A stretch of 60,018 bases of DNA, filler included. It is 4 parts of 4 records of this genome, joined end to end, with 100 filler letters (N's around TTAATTAATTAA, not from the genome) between each part and the next. Parts side by side here need not be neighbours in the genome. Positions count along the whole stretch, not along the records: positions 1 to 31,950 come from SRR22947727_791; 3 more parts are not named here. The stretch is one strand, 5' to 3'. The number at the start of each line of letters is the position of its first letter. Position 1 is the stretch's first letter. The notes beneath the pieces were generated by a model. That model did not search any database. It saw nothing but the letters and a program-made list of their open reading frames with translations, and had not been told where the DNA came from. The position numbers were made by a program, and so were the translations under genes. Shown one piece after another: positions 1 to 11,652 of this stretch.

Positions 1-343
1 CGGTAAAAATAATTGGTTTGGATAGGTTTTCACACATAAAACTTAGCGCCGCAGCGCTATAACTCATCGTATCACTCCCATGAAGAATAACAAAGCCATC
101 AAAAGAAGCATAGTTGGTTTCGATCATGTCTACTATAGTGACCCACAAACTTGGGTCTATATCACTGGAATCAATAGGGGTTTCAAACGAAATACACTCC
201 GTATCACAATCGAGTAGTTTCAGCTCAGGAATTTGCTCCGCAATAGCGTCAAAATTAAAGGCTTTTAGGGTCCCTGTTTCTGGATGTTTTACCATTCCTA
301 TAGTACCCCCAGTGTACAATAAAAGTATTTTTGATCTTGCCAT
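1..343 (-). CDS. ansA: L-asparaginase type I, 5' part (runs off the window start; absent from the ORF track)
   Basis: Manual translation from ATG at 343: MARSKILLLYTGGTIGM...PIDSSDI...GFVILHGSDTMSYSAAALSF...KPIIFT. Contains both asparaginase motifs, TGGTIG and HG(S/T)DT. Confidence 0.9.
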   Translation of the reverse strand, partial: MARSKILLLYTGGTIGMVKHPETGTLKAFNFDAIAEQIPELKLLDCDTECISFETPIDSSDIDPSLWVTIVDMIETNYASFDGFVILHGSDTMSYSAAALSFMCENLSKPIIFT

Positions 344-361
344 AATAATCACACTATCTTG

Positions 362-1129
362 TTAAACGCCAAAAACAGTCTTTGAATTTTCTGTGGTAAT
401 AGCAGCAATGTCTTCTATGGTTTTCCCTGTAAGATCTGCTAATTTTTGTGCCACCAAAGGCAGGTAGGCAGACTCATTTCTTTTACCTCTGTAGGGGACT
501 GGTGCCAGGTAAGGGGCATCGGTTTCTAAAACCAAATGAGACAAATCTACCTGATCTATAAAACGATCTAATCCGCCATTTTTAAAGGTAAGCACCCCAC
601 CTATCCCAAGTTTCATTCCAAGGGAAATGGCCCTGTTAGCCTGTGAAAGGTCTCCAGTAAAACAGTGGAAAATTCCTCTTAGCAAAGGACCTCTATGGGC
701 CTCCAATACTTCAAAAACTTCATCAAAAGCATCTCTGCAATGAATCACAATGGGAAGCTGGCGCTTTTTAGCCCACTCAATTTGTAAGTGAAAGGCTTCT
801 TGCTGCTCTTTTAAAAAGGCCTTATCCCAGTAGAGATCTATCCCAATTTCTCCTACAGCAACCGCCTGGGTTTCGTCCAAAAAAGACTCCAACACTGCTA
901 GCTCCTCCTGGAAATTTTCTTTTACATGGGTGGGATGAAGGCCACTCATCAAAAACATATTCAAAGGAAAAGCGTTTTTCAATTCCCGCATTTTAGACAA
1001 ATAGCTACTGTCTATTGCAGGGAGAAAAAAACGCTTTACGCCTTTATTTATAGCTTCTTGAATCACCTCATCTCTGTCGTCAGCAAAAGACTCACTGTAC
1101 AAATGGGTATGGGTGTCCGTGAATACCAC
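362..1129 (-). CDS. TatD family deoxyribonuclease
   Basis: DTHTHL, VGEIGID, IHCR, FHCF and LETDAPY motifs. Confidence 0.93.
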   Translation of the reverse strand: MVFTDTHTHLYSESFADDRDEVIQEAINKGVKRFFLPAIDSSYLSKMRELKNAFPLNMFLMSGLHPTHVKENFQEELAVLESFLDETQAVAVGEIGIDLYWDKAFLKEQQEAFHLQIEWAKKRQLPIVIHCRDAFDEVFEVLEAHRGPLLRGIFHCFTGDLSQANRAISLGMKLGIGGVLTFKNGGLDRFIDQVDLSHLVLETDAPYLAPVPYRGKRNESAYLPLVAQKLADLTGKTIEDIAAITTENSKTVFGV

Positions 1130-2355
1130 TACAGCTCTAAAGCTTTCTTTTGATCCCCATCCATTAAGAATGTCGTTGGGTCTTCCAAGGCCTCTTTAAC
1201 AGCCACTAAGAAACCAACAGACTCTTTCCCATCAATAATTCTGTGGTCATAAGAAAGGGCCACATACATAATAGGTGCTACCACAATTTCTCCATTTTTC
1301 ACTACAGGACGCTCCACAATATTGTGCATTCCAAGGATCGCAGACTGAGGCGGGTTAATAATAGGTGTAGACAACATAGATCCAAACACCCCACCATTGG
1401 TAATGGTGAAAGTTCCACCTGTCATTTCATCTACCGTAATTTCTCCGTCACGGGCACGAATTGCAAGGCGTTTTACCTCTGATTCTACCCCTCTAAAACT
1501 CAAATTCTCAGCATTTCTAATTACAGGAACCATTAATCCTTTGGGACCAGATACCGCAATTGAAATATCACAGAAATCATAAGTAACCATCTCTTTTTCA
1601 TCTATCATAGAATTAACCGCTGGGTAAAGTTCTAAGGCGCGAATGACCGCTTTTGTAAAGAATGACATAAAACCTAATCCAACACCATGCTTTTCTGTAA
1701 AGGCTTCTTTATATTGCTTTCTAAGGACAAAAATAGGCCCCATATCTACCTCATTAAAAGTAGTTAGCATAGCTGTTTCGTTCTTTGCAGACACCAAACG
1801 CTCTGCCACCTTTCTTCGCAACATAGACAGCTTACTTCTGGTTGTGCCTCTGGTACCACCATTAGAATTTGTTCCCATAGAAGGTACTGCCTTAACAGCG
1901 TCTTCCTTGGTTACTCTGCCATCCTTACCAGTCCCTACAATCTCAGATGCCAACATGCCTTTTTCTGCCAATATTTTCTTAGCAGCCGGAGAAGCGGATC
2001 CTGTCGCATAGCTAGCAGCAGCAGCGGGGGTTTCTTTTACGGGGGCCGATGCAACAGCAGGGGCGGCTTCTGGGGTAGCTTTAGCCACTTTAGCTGGAGC
2101 ATCTCCTTCTGGCCTAACGGCCGACGTATCTATTAAACAAACCACAGCACCCACCGCAACAGCGTCACCTTCCTCTGCCTTAAGCGTAATTACTCCACTC
2201 ATCTCAGCAGGTAATTCAAGTGTTGCCTTGTCTGAATCTACTTCAGCAATGGCTTGGTCTTTTTCTACATAATCACCATCTTGGACCAACCAAGCGGCAA
2301 TTTCTACTTCTGTGATGGACTCCCCTGGAGAGGGTACTTTCATTTCTAAAATCAT
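1129..2355 (-). CDS. sucB: 2-oxoglutarate dehydrogenase E2, dihydrolipoyllysine succinyltransferase
   Basis: Lipoyl domain (DSDKA), E3-binding domain ([12 protein letters not shown]) and catalytic YDHRIIDG; downstream of sucA. Confidence 0.97.
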   Translation of the reverse strand: MILEMKVPSPGESITEVEIAAWLVQDGDYVEKDQAIAEVDSDKATLELPAEMSGVITLKAEEGDAVAVGAVVCLIDTSAVRPEGDAPAKVAKATPEAAPAVASAPVKETPAAAASYATGSASPAAKKILAEKGMLASEIVGTGKDGRVTKEDAVKAVPSMGTNSNGGTRGTTRSKLSMLRRKVAERLVSAKNETAMLTTFNEVDMGPIFVLRKQYKEAFTEKHGVGLGFMSFFTKAVIRALELYPAVNSMIDEKEMVTYDFCDISIAVSGPKGLMVPVIRNAENLSFRGVESEVKRLAIRARDGEITVDEMTGGTFTITNGGVFGSMLSTPIINPPQSAILGMHNIVERPVVKNGEIVVAPIMYVALSYDHRIIDGKESVGFLVAVKEALEDPTTFLMDGDQKKALEL

Positions 2356-2387
2356 CGTGTATAATTTATGAGATCTCTTTAAATTTA

Positions 2388-5159
2388 TTATCTAATCATA
2401 TTGTCTTTGGAAGCGTCAAACACATAGTCAATGACTTCCTGGTGCCTTCTTTTAGAACGCACAGCACTACCAGCAGCTGGGGAAGCGTAAAAACGTCTCG
2501 AGGCTACCCTAAATTTAGAGGCCATTGGTAAATGCATGAGCAAGTGGCTCCAAGCCCCCATATTTCTAGGCTCTTCTTGAGCCCAAACAATGTCTTTTGC
2601 GTTTTTATAAGCATCTATTTCTGCCTGGATCTGATCTATAGCCAATGGAAACAATTGTTCTATTCTAACCAATGCCACGTCTTCTCTTTCCAGGTTCTCT
2701 CTGGCTTCTAATAGATCGTAGTAGAATTTACCCGTACAAAATACAAGTGTTTTAACCTGGTCTTTTACCGCCGAATGATCTCCAATAACTTCTTGGAAAT
2801 GACCGTTGGCAAAATCTGCTACACCGGAAACTGCTTTAGGGTGTCTCAATAAACTCTTGGGTGTAAACACCACCAATGGTTTTCTGTAAGTGGCTTTCAG
2901 TTGTCTTCTCAGCAAATGAAACATATTGGCTGGTGTGGTGCAGTCTGCTATAAACATATTGTCCTTGGCACACATTTGCAAATACCTTTCCATCCTAGCA
3001 GAAGAATGCTCTGCCCCTTGACCTTCGTATCCGTGAGGCAATAACATCACCAAACCATTTTGCAATTTCCACTTGTCCTCTGCTGCAGAAATATACTGGT
3101 CAATCATAATTTGGGCCCCATTGCTGAAATCTCCAAATTGTGCCTCCCAAATAGTCAATGTATTTGGACTTGCCATAGCATATCCATAATCAAAACCTAC
3201 CACGCCATACTCAGAGAGTAAAGAGTTAAATATGTGTAATTTACCTTGCTTATCGTTTAACTGATTTAAAAGCAATACTTCTTCTTCACTTGCCTCTACT
3301 TTCAATACGGCATGCCTGTGAGAGAAAGTACCTCGCTCCACATCTTGCCCTGAAATTCTCACGTCAAATCCTTCTTCTAAAAGAGATCCATATGCCAAGA
3401 GTTCTCCCATGGCCCAGTCTAGGCTATTGCTTTCAAAAAACATCTTACGCCTGTCCTCTATGAGCTTGTCTATTTTTCTCAAGAATTTTTTATCCGAAGG
3501 TAAAGTAGTGATCACTTTAGCTATTCCAGTGAGCTTTTCTGCTGGGTAAGCAGTAGCTACTTTTAGTGCCATGGTGTCTTCTTGAGCAGGAGCCAAGCCT
3601 TTCCATGCCTCAGACATAAATGGTGTAATTACCGTCTTATCTTCTTTTCTAGAGTCTTCTAAATCTGATTCTAAACTGTCTTTGTATGATTGCTCTAAAC
3701 CCTTGACAAAATCCGGTGTAATGATCCCTTCTTCAATAAGTATAGCGGTATAGATTTCTTTAGGGTTTTGGTGTTTGGCAATTGCCTTGTACAATTTTGG
3801 CTGTGTAAACCTTGGTTCGTCGCCCTCATTATGACCGTACTTCCTATAACCCAATAGATCAATAAAAACGTCTCTTTTAAACCTCATGCGGTATTCCAAA
3901 GCAAATAATGCAGCGTGTACAACCGCTTCTGCGTCGTCTGCATTCACGTGAAGTACTGGACTCAGAGTGACTTTACCTACGTCTGTACAATAGTTAGAAG
4001 ACCTTGCGTCTAAGTAATTGGTGGTAAAACCAATTTGATTATTTACCACAATATGAATGGTCCCATTGGTTTTATAACCGTCTAACTGGGCCATTTGAAC
4101 CACTTCGTACACCAGACCTTGGCCTGCTATAGCAGCATCTCCATGCAATACAATAGGCAGTACCTTAGAAAAATCTTCTGGGTATAAGTTGTCTTGTTTG
4201 GCTCGGGCAATTCCCTCTACTACTGCACCCACTGTTTCCAAGTGAGATGGATTTGGTGCAATATTCATCACAATCTTATTGCCGTTATCTGACATCCTAT
4301 CTGAAGTCCAGCCCAAGTGATACTTCACATCTCCATCAAAAACTACTTGCTCGTAGTCTTTACCGTCAAACTCACTAAAAATGTCTTTTGCAGACTTACC
4401 AAAAATATTGGTCAGTACATTTAAACGGCCTCTATGGGCCATACCCATTACAAACTCCGCCACTCCTTTAGCCGCGGCAGCTTCTACAATAGCGTCTAAT
4501 GCTGGGATCAAAGATTCATTCCCCTCCAGTGAAAAACGCTTCTGACCTACGTATTTGGTATGTAAAAAAGTTTCAAAACTCACTGCTTGGGTAAGTTTTT
4601 TAAGAATATGTTTTTTCTGATCTACAGAAAATGAAGGGTGATTGTCATTGACATTCAACCAGTTTTGAATCCATTCAACGCGCTCAGGATTTCTAATATA
4701 CATATACTCTACCCCAATAGCGTCACAATATATACGTTGTAAATGGCCAATAATATTAGTGAGTGTCGCAGCGCCAATACCAATAATCTCTCCTGCGGAA
4801 AATACGGTATTTAAGTCTGCTTCCGTCAGTCCAAAGTGTTCCAATTCCAGGGTAGGACTGTATTTCCTTCGCTCCCTTACTGGGTTGGTTTCCGTAAATA
4901 AATGCCCCCTACTTCGGTACCCATCAATCAATCTAATGACTTGAAATTCTTTCTGCATGCTTTTTGGCATCTCAGAAATGGTTTCAGGCGAAACAAGGGT
5001 TTCTTCATTAAAAAAACCATGTGCTTCTGAACCAAAGTCATAGCCTTGGAAAAAAGCACGCCAAGAAGGCTCTACACTGTCTGGATTTTTTAAATATTTA
5101 TCGTATAAGTCCGCAAAAAATGAAGTATGTGCGGCGTTTAAAAAGGAATATGGATCCAT
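2388..5159 (-). CDS. sucA: 2-oxoglutarate dehydrogenase E1
   Basis: [21 protein letters not shown]...NNQIGFTT (TPP binding) and WEAQFGDF motifs. Confidence 0.97.
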   Translation of the reverse strand: MDPYSFLNAAHTSFFADLYDKYLKNPDSVEPSWRAFFQGYDFGSEAHGFFNEETLVSPETISEMPKSMQKEFQVIRLIDGYRSRGHLFTETNPVRERRKYSPTLELEHFGLTEADLNTVFSAGEIIGIGAATLTNIIGHLQRIYCDAIGVEYMYIRNPERVEWIQNWLNVNDNHPSFSVDQKKHILKKLTQAVSFETFLHTKYVGQKRFSLEGNESLIPALDAIVEAAAAKGVAEFVMGMAHRGRLNVLTNIFGKSAKDIFSEFDGKDYEQVVFDGDVKYHLGWTSDRMSDNGNKIVMNIAPNPSHLETVGAVVEGIARAKQDNLYPEDFSKVLPIVLHGDAAIAGQGLVYEVVQMAQLDGYKTNGTIHIVVNNQIGFTTNYLDARSSNYCTDVGKVTLSPVLHVNADDAEAVVHAALFALEYRMRFKRDVFIDLLGYRKYGHNEGDEPRFTQPKLYKAIAKHQNPKEIYTAILIEEGIITPDFVKGLEQSYKDSLESDLEDSRKEDKTVITPFMSEAWKGLAPAQEDTMALKVATAYPAEKLTGIAKVITTLPSDKKFLRKIDKLIEDRRKMFFESNSLDWAMGELLAYGSLLEEGFDVRISGQDVERGTFSHRHAVLKVEASEEEVLLLNQLNDKQGKLHIFNSLLSEYGVVGFDYGYAMASPNTLTIWEAQFGDFSNGAQIMIDQYISAAEDKWKLQNGLVMLLPHGYEGQGAEHSSARMERYLQMCAKDNMFIADCTTPANMFHLLRRQLKATYRKPLVVFTPKSLLRHPKAVSGVADFANGHFQEVIGDHSAVKDQVKTLVFCTGKFYYDLLEARENLEREDVALVRIEQLFPLAIDQIQAEIDAYKNAKDIVWAQEEPRNMGAWSHLLMHLPMASKFRVASRRFYASPAAGSAVRSKRRHQEVIDYVFDASKDNMIR

Positions 5160-5332
5160 CTATAATTTGGAATATGGGTCTTTTTTATAAAATTTATTCA
5201 AAAATACAACATTTGCCTAATTTGAGCCTTGGGTTTAACTCATAATTATAAAAAAATACGAAAACCTTATATTAAATTATCATTCCTTAAAAAAAAGCCG
5301 ATAAAGTCTTTCTTTTCAATACTTTAATCACC

Positions 5333-5360
5333 AAAAAAAAAGGAGGGTAAATTGCCCTCC
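5333..5360 (-). terminator. Intrinsic terminator after the amidohydrolase gene
   Basis: Minus strand reads GGAGGG-CAATTTA-CCCTCC followed by T9. Confidence 0.8.
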
Positions 5361-5389
5361 CTTGTTTTATAAAAAGGCTTCACTCAATA

Positions 5390-6691
5390 CTAATAGTCGC
5401 GCAACACTTCTTTATCTTGGTTTTTAAAAATAAGCCCTTCTTTCATCACAAAAACAACTTGCTCCAGCGTACTGACATTTGCTTGCGGATGCTCATTTAC
5501 AGCCACTATGTCTGCCGTATAACCTTGCTTTAATTGACCCAAACTATCTGAATACCCCAATAAATTGGCGTTGGTTATTGTTGCCGCTGCAATGGCTTCC
5601 ATTACAGGCATACCTGCTGCTACCATAAATCCAAATTCTTTGGCATTGTCTCCATGAGGAGAGACTCCTGCGTCTGTTCCAAAAGCAATTTTAACGCCTT
5701 TTTTGTAGGCCGCAGCAAAAGTAGATTGACTTCTCGGACCTATCTCTAGTGCCTTTTTAGCAATTACCTCCGGAAAATAACCAGGTATGGCCGCATTGGC
5801 GGCAGCGGCTTTTCCAGCAGATATTGTTGGCACTAAATAAGCGTCGTATTTTACCATTAAATCCATGGTAGACGGCTCCATAAGTGTGCCGTGTTCTATG
5901 GTTTTAATACCTGCAATAATAGCCCTTCTCATCCCTTCGTCTCCATGTGCATGAGCCGCGGTAAGCATACCGTAATCTTTTGCTGTGCTTACTATAGCAG
6001 CCAATTCATCTGCGGTAAATTGTGGGTTCTGACCATTTTTTGCGACGCTAAGCACCCCTCCTGTTGCAGTGATTTTAATCACATCTGCACCGTCTTTATA
6101 TCTTTGCCTCACAGCCTTTCTAGCGTCTGCGGGAGAATTCACTACACCTTCTCTAGGTCCTGGATCTCCCATTAAATCATAACTTCTTCCGTTGGTTGGA
6201 TCTGCATGACCCCCTGTGGTGCCTATCGCTTTACCTGCAGTAAAAATTCTAGGCCCCATTACAGTTCCTTTGGCAATGGCTTTTCTCAAAGCAATATTGA
6301 CCCCACTTCCCCCTAAATCTCTTACGGTTGTAAAACCTGCCATAAGGGTTCTTTTAGCATATACAGTAGCTCCCAAGGCAACATCGGCTTCATTTTCTGT
6401 AAAACGATTCATATAGGTTCTCGGATTAGACTCGTGCTCTATATGTACATGCATGTCTATAAAACCAGGCATAACAACCTGCTTTTTTAAATCAATATGG
6501 GTGTCCGTTTCTGCGCCATTCACATAGCCATTTAGGATGGATTCTATGGCGTTTCCAGAAACAACAATGGTTTTCTCTGAAAGGGTTTTGCCTGTGGCCA
6601 CGTCTATAATCTGACCACAATGCAAGTAGGTTTTTTGAGCGTGAAGGCTCACAGCCCAAAAGCAAAGGACTGTAAAAAACAATTTTTTCAT
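5390..6691 (-). CDS. Secreted metal-dependent amidohydrolase (Xaa-Pro dipeptidase/carboxypeptidase-like)
   Basis: Signal peptide; PGFIDMHVH, IKITATGG, AHAHG, TIEHG and FGTDAG motifs. Confidence 0.88.
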   Translation of the reverse strand: MKKLFFTVLCFWAVSLHAQKTYLHCGQIIDVATGKTLSEKTIVVSGNAIESILNGYVNGAETDTHIDLKKQVVMPGFIDMHVHIEHESNPRTYMNRFTENEADVALGATVYAKRTLMAGFTTVRDLGGSGVNIALRKAIAKGTVMGPRIFTAGKAIGTTGGHADPTNGRSYDLMGDPGPREGVVNSPADARKAVRQRYKDGADVIKITATGGVLSVAKNGQNPQFTADELAAIVSTAKDYGMLTAAHAHGDEGMRRAIIAGIKTIEHGTLMEPSTMDLMVKYDAYLVPTISAGKAAAANAAIPGYFPEVIAKKALEIGPRSQSTFAAAYKKGVKIAFGTDAGVSPHGDNAKEFGFMVAAGMPVMEAIAAATITNANLLGYSDSLGQLKQGYTADIVAVNEHPQANVSTLEQVVFVMKEGLIFKNQDKEVLRDY

Positions 6692-6761
6692 AATAAAGGC
6701 ACTTTAGGGGTTCGCTAATGTTAAATAAAAATAGCGGGATAATTAAACCGCTTTTCGTTTC

Positions 6762-7778
6762 CTAAGATAGTAATTTATTTTCCCATGCCCATGCAGAAGC
6801 CATAGCCTCTTCTAAAGAAAATCGTGACTGCCAACCTAAAATAGTGCTGGCTTTATGGGTGTTGGCGTATGCGGCTGTGACATCGCCCTGTCTTGGCGGA
6901 GCAAAGACAAAGGGCAAAGAACGCCCACTGACTTTTTCATAGGCCTTAATAACCTCTAAAACAGAGCTTCCCTTACCTGTACCCACATTAAATACTTCAA
7001 ATGAGGCTGTTGGCGCATTGTTTAGTAACCTATTCATCGCGGCCATATGTGCTTCTGCGAGATCTACTACGTGAATGTAATCTCTGATACAAGTGCCGTC
7101 TGGGGTGGGGTAATCATTTCCAAATACAGACAGCTGAGCTCTTTTACCAACCCCTGTCTGTGTAATAAAAGGCACTAAATTTTGAGGAACTCCTAGAGGA
7201 AGCTCACCAATAAGTGCAGATTCGTGTGCCCCAATTGGATTAAAATATCGGAGCGCTGTGACCTTTAAATGGGGATAAGCAAGACAACTGTCCTGTAATA
7301 TTTCTTCTCCAATTTGCTTGGTGTTTCCATAGGGAGACATGGCTTTTAGCACCGGAGCGGTCTCTTCAATAGGCAATTCAAGGGCCTGACCATAAACGGT
7401 GCAAGAAGAACTAAAAATAAATGCAATAGGCTGCTTCACGACTTCCTGAAGTAAATACACTAGGGTATTTAGGTTGTTTTGATAATAATCTAAAGGCTTC
7501 TCAACGGACTCCCCTACTGCTTTAAAAGCGGCAAAATGAATGACCGCATTAATGTCTGGGTGTTTGGAAAATAATATTGATGCAGTTTCAGGATGTCTTA
7601 AATCCATGGGGTAAAATTCAGGTGTTTTTCCCGTTATTGTGGTTATACCATCTAGTACGGCAGCGCTGGTATTCACCAGATTATCTACCACTACTACTTT
7701 ATGACCCGCTTCTAACAGACATACCACAGTATGTGACCCTATATACCCTAGACCGCCTGTCACCAATACTGTTGCCAT
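6762..7778 (-). CDS. galE: UDP-glucose 4-epimerase
   Basis: TGGLGYIGSH, KAVGESV, YGNTK, LRYFNP and RDYIHV motifs. Confidence 0.95.
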   Translation of the reverse strand: MATVLVTGGLGYIGSHTVVCLLEAGHKVVVVDNLVNTSAAVLDGITTITGKTPEFYPMDLRHPETASILFSKHPDINAVIHFAAFKAVGESVEKPLDYYQNNLNTLVYLLQEVVKQPIAFIFSSSCTVYGQALELPIEETAPVLKAMSPYGNTKQIGEEILQDSCLAYPHLKVTALRYFNPIGAHESALIGELPLGVPQNLVPFITQTGVGKRAQLSVFGNDYPTPDGTCIRDYIHVVDLAEAHMAAMNRLLNNAPTASFEVFNVGTGKGSSVLEVIKAYEKVSGRSLPFVFAPPRQGDVTAAYANTHKASTILGWQSRFSLEEAMASAWAWENKLLS

Positions 7779-7779
7779 C

Positions 7780-8934
7780 TTATGAATTTAAAAAATTGAG
7801 GATGGTTTTTGTGATATGTGAAATTTGTGCCGCATCTAATTCGGTATGCATTGGCAATGAAATTACCTGCTCACTTAAGGCATTGGTCACTGTGAAATCT
7901 GTTTCTTTATAACTTTCGTTGGTATAGGCTTTTTGCCTGTGTAATGGAATGGGGTAATACACCCCACAAGGAATTGCTTCTGACGCCAAATGAGCCACAA
8001 GTGCATCTCTTTTTCCATGGGTAATTTTTAAGGTGTATTGGTGAAATACATGGCAATCACAGCTATCGCAAATCCCTTCGCAACCATTGACTGTTTTTGG
8101 TAATTCAATGTCCGGGTGTCCATTAAAAGCAGCGTTATAAGCCTTTGCTGTTGTCCTTCTCTTGGTATTATAACTGTCTAGCCTAGGTAATTTTGCATTT
8201 AATACAGCGGCCTGCAAAGCGTCCAATCTAGAGTTCACCCCAACTACGTCGTGGTGGTATCTCTCGTACATACCGTGGTTTACAATACCTCTTAGGGTAT
8301 GGGCTAGGGCGTCGTCATTGGTGAACAATGCACCCCCATCTCCATAACAGCCTAAATTTTTAGACGGAAAGAAAGAGGTTGCCCCCACGTGCCCTATCGT
8401 ACCAGCCATTTTCTTTGTGCCGTTTACTGAAGTAAAAGTGGCGCCAATGGCTTGTGCATTGTCTTCTATCACTTTTAAATAATGCTTAGCAGCAATTTCC
8501 ATAATTTCATCCATAGGAGCCGTTTGTCCAAAAAGATGTACAGGTACAATGGCTTTTGTCTTAGGGGTTATGGCACTGGCTACTGCAGCTGGGTCTATCA
8601 TAAAAGTGTCTGGTAACACGTCTACCAAAACAGGGGTTAATCCCAATAAGGCAATGACCTCTACGGTAGCTGCAAAGGTAAAATCTGCGGTAATTACCTC
8701 ATCTCCAGGTTGTAAACCTAGGCCCATCATGGCTATTTGTAGTGCATCTGTACCGTTGGCACAAGGAATGACGTGTTTTACGCCCAGATAAGCTTCTAGT
8801 GCTTTCTGAAATTCTTGTACTTCTGGACCATTAATAAAGGCGGCACTCTCTAGCACAGATGTAAATCTTTCGTTTACTTCTGATTGTATTTCACGGTATT
8901 GACCTTGAAGGTCTACCATCTGTATTTTTTTCAT
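7780..8934 (-). CDS. DegT/DnrJ/EryC1/StrS sugar aminotransferase
   Basis: NGTDAL, IEDNAQ and SFFPSKNLG (PLP lysine) motifs. Confidence 0.93.
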   Translation of the reverse strand: MKKIQMVDLQGQYREIQSEVNERFTSVLESAAFINGPEVQEFQKALEAYLGVKHVIPCANGTDALQIAMMGLGLQPGDEVITADFTFAATVEVIALLGLTPVLVDVLPDTFMIDPAAVASAITPKTKAIVPVHLFGQTAPMDEIMEIAAKHYLKVIEDNAQAIGATFTSVNGTKKMAGTIGHVGATSFFPSKNLGCYGDGGALFTNDDALAHTLRGIVNHGMYERYHHDVVGVNSRLDALQAAVLNAKLPRLDSYNTKRRTTAKAYNAAFNGHPDIELPKTVNGCEGICDSCDCHVFHQYTLKITHGKRDALVAHLASEAIPCGVYYPIPLHRQKAYTNESYKETDFTVTNALSEQVISLPMHTELDAAQISHITKTILNFLNS

Positions 8935-9031
8935 AAATGCTTTATAAAGACCCTACGAAAATACAAAAAATACCCCCCTACACCATTGATTGAGATAAAG
9001 AAACGTATTTTTGTTACCAAAGATGTAAGCC

Positions 9032-10291
9032 TTGTATTTATTGTACAATTTATTAGTCACGCTGGGTCAAGGGATTCTTCCTATTGCGGCACTATTTTCA
9101 CCCAAATTAAAACGCTTTGTAAAAGGCCGAAAAGAAGTATTTAAAACCCTTTCTTTAGAATTAAACCCCACTAAAAAAACCATTTGGATGCACGCGGCAT
9201 CTCTGGGAGAATACGAGCAAGGAGTGCCTGTGTTAGAAGAAATTCGCCAGCGTTATCCGGAGCATCAGATTGTATTGTCTTTTTTTTCTCCTTCGGGATT
9301 TGAGGTGAGAAAAAACACTCCACTGGCAGACACAGTCGTTTACTTGCCTATAGATAGCCTTCGCAACGCCATGCAGTTTGTTAAAGTTTTAAAACCTTCT
9401 TTGGCCATTTTTGTGAAATATGAGGTGTGGCCCAATTATATGAACGCCCTTCAACTGGCGCAAATTCCAAGCCTATTAATTTCTGCTGTTTTTAGACCCT
9501 CCCAAATCTACTTTAAATGGTACGGTGGCTTAATGAGAGACAGTCTTCATAAGTTCTCTCATATTTTTGTCCAAGACAGCGGCGCTCTAAAGCTTATAAA
9601 AGAGAGTGGATATGAGCATGTAAGTCTCGCTGGAGACTCTAGATTTGACCGTGTATCACGGCTTTCTAAATACTTAGAATCCCTTCCAAAAGAAATTCAA
9701 GAAATACTCACTGCCTTTACCTCAGCCAAACCACTATTTGTAGGCGGCAGCGTTTGGCCTGAAGATGTTCGCGTTTTAGGCGCTGCGCTTGAAAAAACGG
9801 CCCATCGTATTAAATTTGTTTTAGCCCCTCACAAAGCAGACAAAGCGTCTGTGGAAACAGTACTAAAAATGCTCCCCATAAAATTACAAAAACAAAGTGT
9901 CTGGCTTTCCAAGACAACGCCACAAGAGGCTTCCAAAGCTTCGCTACTTATTGTAGACAGCATAGGTATTTTAAACCAGATCTATCCTTTTGCGCAAATG
10001 GCTTATGTAGGCGGCGGTTTTAAAACAGGCTTACACAATACATTAGAAGCTGCCGTCTATGGCATTCCACTTGCTATTGGACCGAATTTTAACAAGTTTA
10101 AAGAGGCTAAAGACCTTGTGGCACTCGGTGGGATTCAGGTCATAAATACCACAGAAAATGCCACTCACTTTTTAGAATTGGCTTTAGAGGAGCACTATAT
10201 TGAGCAGATAAAAGGGATTCAAAAGGCCTATGTTTCTGCGCAATTAGGTGCTACATCTAAAATAATGTCTCAAATAGCAAAATATTTTTAA
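9032..10291 (+). CDS. waaA: 3-deoxy-D-manno-octulosonic acid (Kdo) transferase
   Basis: WMHAASLGE, YLPID, GDSRFD and GLHNTLEAA motifs. Confidence 0.92.
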   Translation: MYLLYNLLVTLGQGILPIAALFSPKLKRFVKGRKEVFKTLSLELNPTKKTIWMHAASLGEYEQGVPVLEEIRQRYPEHQIVLSFFSPSGFEVRKNTPLADTVVYLPIDSLRNAMQFVKVLKPSLAIFVKYEVWPNYMNALQLAQIPSLLISAVFRPSQIYFKWYGGLMRDSLHKFSHIFVQDSGALKLIKESGYEHVSLAGDSRFDRVSRLSKYLESLPKEIQEILTAFTSAKPLFVGGSVWPEDVRVLGAALEKTAHRIKFVLAPHKADKASVETVLKMLPIKLQKQSVWLSKTTPQEASKASLLIVDSIGILNQIYPFAQMAYVGGGFKTGLHNTLEAAVYGIPLAIGPNFNKFKEAKDLVALGGIQVINTTENATHFLELALEEHYIEQIKGIQKAYVSAQLGATSKIMSQIAKYF

Positions 10292-10323
10292 TAGATTTAC
10301 GGACAACCAACACCACATTTAAA

Positions 10324-11652
10324 ATGCACGCTAAAATTTTAAAATTTTCTATCATTGCTGCTTTAGCAGGATTTCTCTTTGGATTTGACACCGTTGTAAT
10401 CTCTGGAGCAGACAAAAAACTTCAAGCCCTATGGGAATCTTCGGACAGTTTTCACGGCTGGGTAGTCATGGGAATGGCCCTTTGGGGAACGGTTATAGGC
10501 GCGCTTTTTGGCGGATACCCCACCAATAGACTAGGAAGAAAGAAAACCCTTTTTTGGATTGGTATTTTATACTCTGTCTCTGCCATAGGCTCAGCCTTGT
10601 CTAATGATCCTATCACTTTTGCGTTTTTTAGGTTCTTAGGTGGTGTAGGTGTGGGGGTTTCTACCATTGCGGCACCTGCTTATATTTCAGAAATAGCGCC
10701 TGCGAAAGACAGGGGAAGATTGGTAGGCTTTTATCAGTTCATGCTCGTTTTTGGTATTCTTGTCGCATTCTTCTCAAATTACCTTCTGAGTGGCAGCGGA
10801 GAAAACGATTGGAGATGGATGATGGGTGTAGAGGCATTTCCAGCTATTCTGTATACCCTTTTTATTATGGCCGTTCCAATGAGCCCTCGTTGGTTGGTCA
10901 TGAAAAATAGAAAGCAAGAAGCGGCAGTTGCTTTAAAAGAAATTGGCTCAGACATGGTCATTGACGCATTTGTACTCTCAGTTAAAGGAAATAATGAAGC
11001 GGAGCAGCACAAGGAAAATATTTGGATGAAGAAATACCGCTTTCCTTTAATGCTGGCTTTTTTAATCGCTTTTTTTAACCAGTTTTCAGGAATTAATGCC
11101 TTTTTATATTACGCGCCAAGAATATTTGAAGAGGCAGGACTTGGAGAAAGTACCGCGCTTTTGAGCTCTATTGGAATAGGTGCCACCAATTTACTTTTTA
11201 CTTTTATAGGCATCTTTTTAATAGACAAACTAGGCAGAAGACAACTCATGTATATAGGATCCGTGGGCTATATTATTTCCTTAGCCCTCGTTGCAGCAGC
11301 TTTTCAATTTGAGTGGACCGGAATGGCAGTTCCTGGATTTTTATTTCTATTTATTGCCTCTCATGCCATAGGACAAGGGGCTATTATATGGGTGTTTATT
11401 TCTGAAGTATTCCCTAATCACCTCAGGGGCGCTGGTCAATCTTTTGGTACGAGTACCCACTGGGTATTGGCAGCGATAATTCCATCTATGGTACCCTGGT
11501 TGTTTGGCACCATAGGGGCAGCTCCTGTATTTGCCTTTTTTGCTTTTATGATGGTGCTACAACTTGTTTTTGTTCACTTTATGATGCCTGAAACTAAAGG
11601 GGTTTCTCTGGAAGAGCTAAGCGCTCAATTGAGTAAAGAGAAAAGCCGCTAG
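10324..11652 (+). CDS. Sugar porter family MFS transporter
   Basis: GFLFGFDT, YISEIAP, NQFSGINA and PETKG motifs. Confidence 0.93.
   Translation: MHAKILKFSIIAALAGFLFGFDTVVISGADKKLQALWESSDSFHGWVVMGMALWGTVIGALFGGYPTNRLGRKKTLFWIGILYSVSAIGSALSNDPITFAFFRFLGGVGVGVSTIAAPAYISEIAPAKDRGRLVGFYQFMLVFGILVAFFSNYLLSGSGENDWRWMMGVEAFPAILYTLFIMAVPMSPRWLVMKNRKQEAAVALKEIGSDMVIDAFVLSVKGNNEAEQHKENIWMKKYRFPLMLAFLIAFFNQFSGINAFLYYAPRIFEEAGLGESTALLSSIGIGATNLLFTFIGIFLIDKLGRRQLMYIGSVGYIISLALVAAAFQFEWTGMAVPGFLFLFIASHAIGQGAIIWVFISEVFPNHLRGAGQSFGTSTHWVLAAIIPSMVPWLFGTIGAAPVFAFFAFMMVLQLVFVHFMMPETKGVSLEELSAQLSKEKSR

Noticed and set aside
114-365. Plus-strand 83-aa ORF from the track
   Set aside because: Antisense shadow of the minus-strand asparaginase, which has the catalytic motifs
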